From NCBI RefSeq assembly GCF_009914755.1, contig NC_060929.1: a stretch of 64,000 nucleotides of DNA; one strand, given 5' to 3'. Below, piece by piece: positions 56,735 to 64,000 of this stretch; position 1 is the first letter of the stretch, and each line of letters starts with the position of its first letter. Source of the stretch: the human T2T-CHM13v2.0 reference genome, Homo sapiens. Made by a program: the position numbers and the translations under genes. The notes under the pieces were generated by a model, which was given only the letters and a program-made list of their open reading frames with translations, had not been told where the DNA came from and ran no database searches.

Positions 56735-57760
56735 AATGGGTTGTTGCACATTACTGCTGGGAATGTAAATTGGTAAACCCTTATGAAAAACAGTATGCAG
56801 GTTGCTCAAAGAAATAAAAATAGAACAACCATATGATCCAGCAATCCCACTACTAGGTATATATCCAAAGGAAATAAAATCAGTACGACAAAGAGATACC
56901 TGCAACCCCATGTTCACTGCAGCATTATTCACAATAACCAAGATGTGGAGCCCACCTAAGTGTGCACCAATGGATGAATGGATCAAGAAGATGTTGTATA
57001 CCTACAATAGAAAACTATGCCCATTTTATTTTATTTATTTATTTATTTTGCTCAGAGCTTTGTATGTATTGCTCATTTTTTTTTATTTTTTATTATACTT
57101 TAAGTTTTAGGGTACATGTGTACAACGTGCAGGTTTGTTACATATGTATACATATGCCATGTTGGTGTGCTGCACCCATTAACTCGTCGTTTAACAGTAG
57201 GTGTATCTCCTAATGCTATCCCTCCCCCCTCCCCCCACCCCACAACAGGCCCCGGTGTGTGATATTCCCATTTTAAAAAGAAGGAAATCCTGTCATTTGT
57301 GATAATATAGATGAACTTTGGGGACAATATGTTATGTGAAATAAGCCAGGCACAGAAAGACAAATACCACATGATCCCACTTATATGTGGAATTTTTTTA
57401 AGTTGAACTTATAAAAGTAAAGTATAATGGTGATTATCGGGGATTTTTCAGAGGGAGGTGAGGGTGTTGGAATGATATTGGTCAAAGCTTACAATATTTT
57501 AGTTAGATAAGAATAAGTTCAAGAGGTCTACTGTACAAGATGGTAATTATCATTAATAACAATGCAGTGTATTCTTGAAAATTGCCAAAAGTAAGTATTA
57601 GGTGTTCTCATCACAAAAAAAAGTTTATGAAGTAATGCATGTGTTGATAAGCTCAATGTAGCCCCTCCACAAAGTATACATTTTCAAAACATCATGTTTT
57701 ACATAATAAATACATATAATTTTTATTCATCAATTTAAAATTTTAACTAATTAGTTTTAA
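56735..57760 (+). mobile_element. L1MA-type 3' end interrupted by a younger antisense L1PA
   Basis: GGGAATGTAAATTGGTA..CCATATGATCCAGCAATCCCAC..; 3'UTR resumes after 57263. Confidence 0.85.
57029..57262 (-). mobile_element. 5'-truncated L1PA3-5-like 3' end with double A-tail
   Basis: TTATACTTTAAGTTTTAGGGTACATGTG..CACAACAGGCCCCGGTGTGTGA; TSD TAT(G/T)CCCATTTTA at 57016-57028 and 57263-57275. Confidence 0.92.
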
Positions 57761-58367
57761 AATAGATGAGTTGTAGGTAATGATTGTGGTTAATAGATTG
57801 ATTACAGCCTAAAACTATTCTGATCGACAGGTGTTTCCTTTAAACTATGAATGTGGATAGCCTGGATGAAGTTCATTCCTTCAAGTAATGATTACTAAGC
57901 ATGTGGCACTATGGTAGATATATATGTAGTTCTGGGCATTAGAAAAAAATAAAGATAAAAGAAATATCTTTCTCTTGTATTTAATTAGACCAACCTGGTC
58001 ATTAGTCTAATTGAAAAGGCAAGATAGATATGCTTGGAACAGTTAAGTAGAAAGCCCTACATAATTCAAAGCCAAAATGAGAATTGAGGTAAAAGCTGAT
58101 GGGAAGTCCAAAGGCAATCAAAGGCTCCACGCAGAGGGTTAGGAATGGAGAAGAGAGAAAGGGAAGAGAAAGAGCTTCCAGTGAGGGAATAGCTATACCA
58201 AAGCACATATCTGCATAGAAAGTAGAGAGCCTGGAAAGACAGTGGTAGCTAAGCCAATTCGGTTAGAGAGTTAGTAGAGATGTTGATTGGAGCCAACATC
58301 AAAGGGTAGGGTCTGTGTATGCATATAGGTGTCTAGGTGTATGGGCATATACATGTATATGTGTGTA

Positions 58368-58447
58368 TTAGGCTGATTTTTGTGTTAGGCTGTGGTTTTT
58401 GCCATACTTTTAATGGCAAAACTGCAATAACCTTTGCACCAACCTAA
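58368..58447. mobile_element. MADE1 (Hsmar1-derived MITE)
   Basis: GGTTTTTGCCATACTTTTAATGGCAAAACTGCAATAACCTTTGCACCAACCTAA; TA flanks; left TIR corrupted. Confidence 0.85.
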
Positions 58448-58787
58448 TAAATATATATGTACATCATGTATACGTATTATCTGTTAATTAGTACATAAGA
58501 CTCCAAATACTTTAAAAATGTAGCCAAGACTGAGACTCATAGGTTGAGAATAGGTAAGAATTTGAGCCAAACTTTATAGAATTTAGAAATTGAGAAGATA
58601 AATAAAACTGAATAGCTCACCACACAAACACACCTTCTCTCTTGGTGTTCTCCATCACCCTTTGCCCAGCACTGTGGGTAAAGAGAAGAAAGCTATTGCT
58701 TATTATCACTGACTGTCATTCAAGTCACCTCAAAGGCTTAGAAAAAGCTGCCAGTAGTTCGAATGTCCTAATATCTGCTATTTAGTT

Positions 58788-59420
58788 GTTTTTTGTTGTT
58801 GTTTTTTGGTTTGTTTAGTTGGTTTTTTTTTTTCCTGCCTCAGGTTTATTTGTACAAATAGCACAGGAGAATCCCAGCCCCATGCAGACGGTAGCCCGGG
58901 GGGGTCACACCAGTCCTTCTGTCCTCACGTTGGCAGACAGAGATCTCTACTCTGAAGCCTTTGTAGGGCCCTGGGCACCTCTGGGAGCCTGAGCTGGAAC
59001 TGAAGCTGGAGCTGCAGCCAGGGCCTTGGTTTGATCCTTGGCCTTGGCCTTTGGCTGGCATAGCCTGAGCCCCTTGGCAATGCGGGCACGAGCACGCTTC
59101 CCAAGCTTGGGGTGGGCAATGTAGGCAAGTCGATCTAGCTTGCAGCTGACACCCTTTGGGGTCTTAGGCTCAACCTCTTTGGGCTTTACGAGGATCTTGA
59201 TAGCCTCAGCGCGTGCACTCATGGCCTTGGCATTGTTGGCCTGCATCTTCTTTAGGCCCTTCTTGTGCTTCTTGGCAAAGTGCATGTTGCTCAGGAACTT
59301 GGGGTCCACCCTCTTAAGAGAGTCATATCTTTGTGATCGGGGTTTCTTGATACCGTTTCTGTGCCATTTTCAGGACTGGTTGTGTGTGGTGTGATTCTTG
59401 GTCTCCGCCATGTCTGCACA
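58788..59420 (-). pseudogene. RPL29: Processed pseudogene of 60S ribosomal protein L29 (eL29)
   Basis: Intronless; ATG at 59411-59409 ([59 protein letters not shown]); CGA>TGA stop at codon 14 (59372-59370); TAG ending 58947; AATAAA 58850-58845; polyA tail. Pseudogene number not assignable from sequence. Confidence 0.97.
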
Positions 59421-59710
<290 letters not shown>

Positions 59711-60098
59711 TAGTTTTAACTTAACCCTATAAAGAAGAGGGAAATCTCATCACTCTCTATGTATGCCTGAATAAACTTGGAAAAAAAATATATGTAGGCA
59801 GTACATATGAGCAACACCATCCAGCCACTGCCAAATGAAGAATAAAATCTTGGAAATGCTTCTAGTTGTATTAAAATGCCTTTGTCATCATAGAAATAAT
59901 CTATCATTAGGGAAAGTCTTTTGATATCATAAGTAGAAAATGAAAATGCATTTGCTTTGTTGATAGCTCTTAAAATATGGGCTTTTTTGTTATTGTATTG
60001 CCCGTCACCACCCCTCTCAGGCTATAACCAACTCAAATTATCACAGAAGTAAACAAGGTAGAAGGCTTTTCTTAAACAAATGATTCTTGAAAATACAC

Positions 60099-60130
60099 TT
60101 AAGTAATTGTACTTAAGTACAATTTCTTAA
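60099..60130. repeat. 32-bp near-perfect palindrome
   Basis: TTAAGT-AATTGTACTTAAGTACAATT-TCTTAA; central 20 bp perfect, one T/T mismatch. Confidence 0.9.
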
Positions 60131-61939
60131 TTTTTTTTCTTTTTCTTTGTTGCATTAACCAGCCCCTTTCCCTTTGTTTCACAAAAATAGAGCCAACCTT
60201 ACAAAAAGGAAAAGATGCAAATGCTTAGAAAAAGCAGTATATAATCTCTCTGAGCATGGGCTCTTCCTCTGCAAGACAAGGCAGTGTGTCTTAATACTGG
60301 TCCAGTGTCTATCATAACCAGGTGGGGCTCCAAGCATCTCATGTCTAGCACCTCAGTCACCCCTTACCACTATGAAGTGGCCATCCTCCTGTTCCAGTTT
60401 GGACCACTGGCCCCCAGTCAGATGGTCCCAAAGCTCCTGAGGACAAAACAAAGGTTCAAAGGCAGGCACTTTGGCACCAGCATCTGTGCTGTTAACCACT
60501 ATGCTACACTGTCCTATAAAACATGCCAAGCCTAGCTCCTAGGATTCTCCTGCAGACCAAATGGGACAAATTATATAAAGCACTTAATACTTTGTAAGGA
60601 GATATAAAAAGTAAGTTAATAATTTGATGATCCCGGGGGAAATGAAACATCCTAGGCTAATATTACTGATGACTTACTATCCCAAGATTTTCACTAAAGT
60701 GTTGCCTGATTTGGCACATCAGATAATTGTGCAGAAAACAGGAGGGTTTTGCATGTTTCATGGTACCATAAAATATTATTACTGACCTTGTGTCTCAACA
60801 TGAGTAAAGTCAAGTCTTGATAATATGCAATACCTTATAGCTGTGGTGTTCTAGTTATAATTACACATAAAAACTATAACTTATTTTGAAATGTTGTCAT
60901 ACAAGCTCAGAATATAAAATTGTTATTTAAAGTCATTCTATATTTTAGGTTAGGTATGTATTATATTTAGTGCACTGTCATTTCCTGAAAAATTCTGAAA
61001 TATTTTTGAATATAATTCATTTGAAAAACTATACTGTTGGGATTATCAAAACTAATTGTTTAATCTTAAACCTAGGCTTACTCTATCAGTTAAGAAACAT
61101 AGGCATTCAAATGTGTACTTTTATCATTACTCCTTTCCCAATGTTTTTCCTCATTTGCTTATAAATCACAAGAATATTATAGAATCATATGACAATATAA
61201 ATGTTAGAAATTGTTCTGTATTAATATAAAGCATCACAATTTTCATTATCACTATTATTAACATAATTATATATAATATATAATTTGATACCCATGAAAT
61301 TGTCATTCTTGGATTTCAGAAGCTTTTTATTTTTTTCATTTATGTAATGTTTTAGAAAAATATTTTATTTTCTTCTCTTGCTAGAACCTCGTTAAATCCA
61401 TCAAAGTGACTTGTACTTGGTTAATCATTAGTTTAGTAAGCAAGAACTTTGTGTGAAAAGTTGTGGAATGCCTAATGGTATGCAATCGAAAGGCCACCTC
61501 ATGCAATGTGGCAACACTGACAAAAATCTTAAAGGTACACTGTCCTAAATCCCCTCCTGGGAGGTTCTTACCTAGGTCCTTTCCCTCCATCAGTGGGTGA
61601 TCCTTGGGTAATCACAAACATCTAAGAAAATGAATAACCCAAAATTCTAACACACTGATGATTTGAAAGGATATGGTATATCATAATTGTTTCAAGAGTT
61701 GAATATTGATATTTATATTTAGATAAATAACATGATAAATATAAATAAATATTGATATGCTAATATTTATTGTATTTAAGATATTTAAAAGGATGAAGTA
61801 GTACTTAAAACAAATTGATTAAGTACTAACAATGTGTCAGCTACTCTGCTGAGGGTTTTGTGTACATTACAGTTAGAAAGAAAGGAAACGTATTCAGCTG
61901 AACATACAAGGTGTTTATGTGGAGCCAGGGATTAGATGG

Positions 61940-62383
61940 TGATATCATTTGGATGTGTGCCCCTGCCCAAAACCATGTTAAGCTGTAATCCGCAGTGTGG
62001 GAGGTGGGGCCTGGTGGGAGGTAATTGGATCCTAGGGGTGGAGTTCTCCTGAATGATTTAGCGCCATCCCTTCGGTACTGTCCTCGGGTAGAGAGTGAGT
62101 TCTCTCAAGATCTAGTTGTTTAAAAGTGTGTGGCACCTCCCTTCTATTCCCCCCAACCCCTGCCCTGCTGTCTCACTCCTGCTCTGGCCATGTAATGTGT
62201 CTGCTCCTCCTTCGCCTTCTGCCATGATTGTAAGTTTCCTGAGGCCTCCCCAGAAGCTGAGCAGATGCCAGCATCAAGCTTCCTGTACAGCCTGCAGAAC
62301 CAGGAGCCAATTAAACCTCTTTTCTCTATAAATTACCCAATCTCAGGTATTTATGTATAGCAGTGTGAGAACAGGTTAATACG
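61940..62383 (+). mobile_element. MSTA-like MaLR solo LTR
   Basis: TGATATCATTTGGATGTGTG..GGAGGTGGGGCCTGGTGGGAGG..CCCAGAAGCTGAGCAGATGCCAGC..TAATAC; flanks GATGG/GATGT. Confidence 0.9.
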
Positions 62384-63269
62384 GATGTGATATTAGGAAC
62401 CTGGGTCAAATTTTATAGTATTCAATGATAGTTCATTCTAGGAAGCTAAGAATGCTCTGTTTGGCTTTTCCCCCTGAGGTTAATGATAAGTAATAGGGTA
62501 GAAATGGAAGTCACTTTATTAATAGCAGGCCACCATCTGATACACTCCCAGAGTAGAATTCCTGGTGAGGTTGGACAGGAGCCCATAGCTCAGGCTAGAA
62601 GTCTAACAAAGCCACAGTTTCCCCCTAGATTTCTGGATTGCTGTAATGACAGGTACAGTAAGGCACAGATATGAAAAAAGGAGAGAGAAGAGAGGGAACA
62701 GGCTCCAAGGGAAATAGCCCAGTCACCAGTATCACAGAGTATCAGCCAAAGACACACAGATGAGCCACTCCTACATGAAGCACTAAAGGATAACATTTAT
62801 AAAAATATAAATGTATGACATATAGTAAAAAAAGGCAAAATTTTCCAGATATCCCTGGTTATTTGCATCTATTCATGACTATATGTAGACAGTGGGATTA
62901 TGGATATTTTTAATTTTCTTAATTATTTGCTAATCTTCTTATAATGAAATTGTAGTGATTTGAATTGAGAATCAATATTTTTAACCTGAATCTTTTTTTA
63001 GAAAGCCATTGAACAATTTAGATGTCTCTTGGAAGTTTATGTTTGTTTTATCTAAATATGCTCTGTGGGAAGCCCTAGGCCAGATATTTAATTCATGTAG
63101 TACTCACGATAATTTGTGCTGTTATAATCTTAATTATTAATTTTACCCTGCCTATGTTCACAAGGCACATATCTCATTTACCCCACCTTAGAGGAATGAT
63201 GGATATATTTTTTTTTGCAGGCTCCATTGAATTCTTATAGTTATCACATTAATACCAACATCATCATCA

Positions 63270-63500
63270 TTATTATCATAAGTAATTAAGTGTACTTATG
63301 CACTGATCCCTTTCTAGATATTTTACACAGATCTCATCAATCCTTGAAATAATCCTATGCAGTATGTTCCAGCATCACCCCCATTTCAAAGATAAGAAAA
63401 TTGAATCGGAGAGAGGTTAAATGCCTTGTTTTTCTAGATCACATAGCTAGAAAATGGTGGAACCGGGATTTGATCCCAGATAGCAGATTTCAGAGCCCAA
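63270..63500 (-). mobile_element. MIR (MIRb-like)
   Basis: CCCCATTTCAAAGATAAGAAAATTGAATCGGAGAGAGGTTAAATGCCTTG..GATCACATAGCTAGAAAATGGTGGAACCGGGATTTGA. Confidence 0.85.
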
Positions 63501-64000
63501 GTTCCCAACCTCTTTGTTTTGCTTCTCCGAAGCACATGGACAAAAAGGAGAGCTGGGAATAATGCGAGTTAATATGAAGTTCACACACCTAGAACCAAGC
63601 AGAAATGAGCAGTGTTTCTCCTCCAGCTGCATGCTAGAATTCTTATTGGATGAGCTGTATGTCTTTCCCGGCATGAGTATCTGAGAGTATGCACCGTAAA
63701 TCTTGTCCTAGAGGTTTTCTACTGGGTCACATTTATCCATCAGTCCAAATGGCAAATGGGTTAAAGAATACTTTGAGTCCTTGAATATAAACTTTATGTA
63801 TGGTATAAGAAGAAGTATAATGGAAAGTCCAAATCTACTTTCAGTTGAGGACAGAGGTAGAGTCCACAGTCACTGAGACTTTAGGACATGTCCTGTCTTC
63901 ACAGCTCAGATTCTATCCTTCTCGGTCTAGCTCCACTTACCTTTCCCAACTTGGATGCCATTTTAACAGTCTACTCAACCACTACCACCCAGACATTCTG

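Overview
Primate (human-like) AT-rich, repeat-dense genomic DNA with no confidently identifiable intact protein-coding gene. Much of the window is recognisable interspersed repeat: about 13 Alus, one near-full-length decayed L1PA7/8-like LINE-1 (~34.6-40.4 kb), many L1/L2/MIR fragments, solo LTRs (LTR12, 2x MLT2, 3x THE1, MST, LTR47-like, LTR16-like, LTR48/MER34-like) and DNA-transposon relics (MADE1, Tigger2/MER8-like). The only recognisable gene-derived sequence is a processed RPL29 pseudogene (minus strand). It is fused head-to-tail to a tail-less Alu inside one shared target-site duplication, so it looks like a chimeric retrotranscript. Other oddities: an Alu with an inverted tail, an L1 with a short 3' transduction, a probable twin-priming L1 inversion, a near-perfect 28-bp VNTR, an unexplained exon-like S/T/P/N-rich ORF at 30.7 kb, and a candidate minus-strand terminal exon pair at 45.4-46.2 kb. 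Repeat subfamily names come from recalled consensus sequences, not a search, and boundaries of old repeats are approximate. I do not see a demonstrably new biological system.
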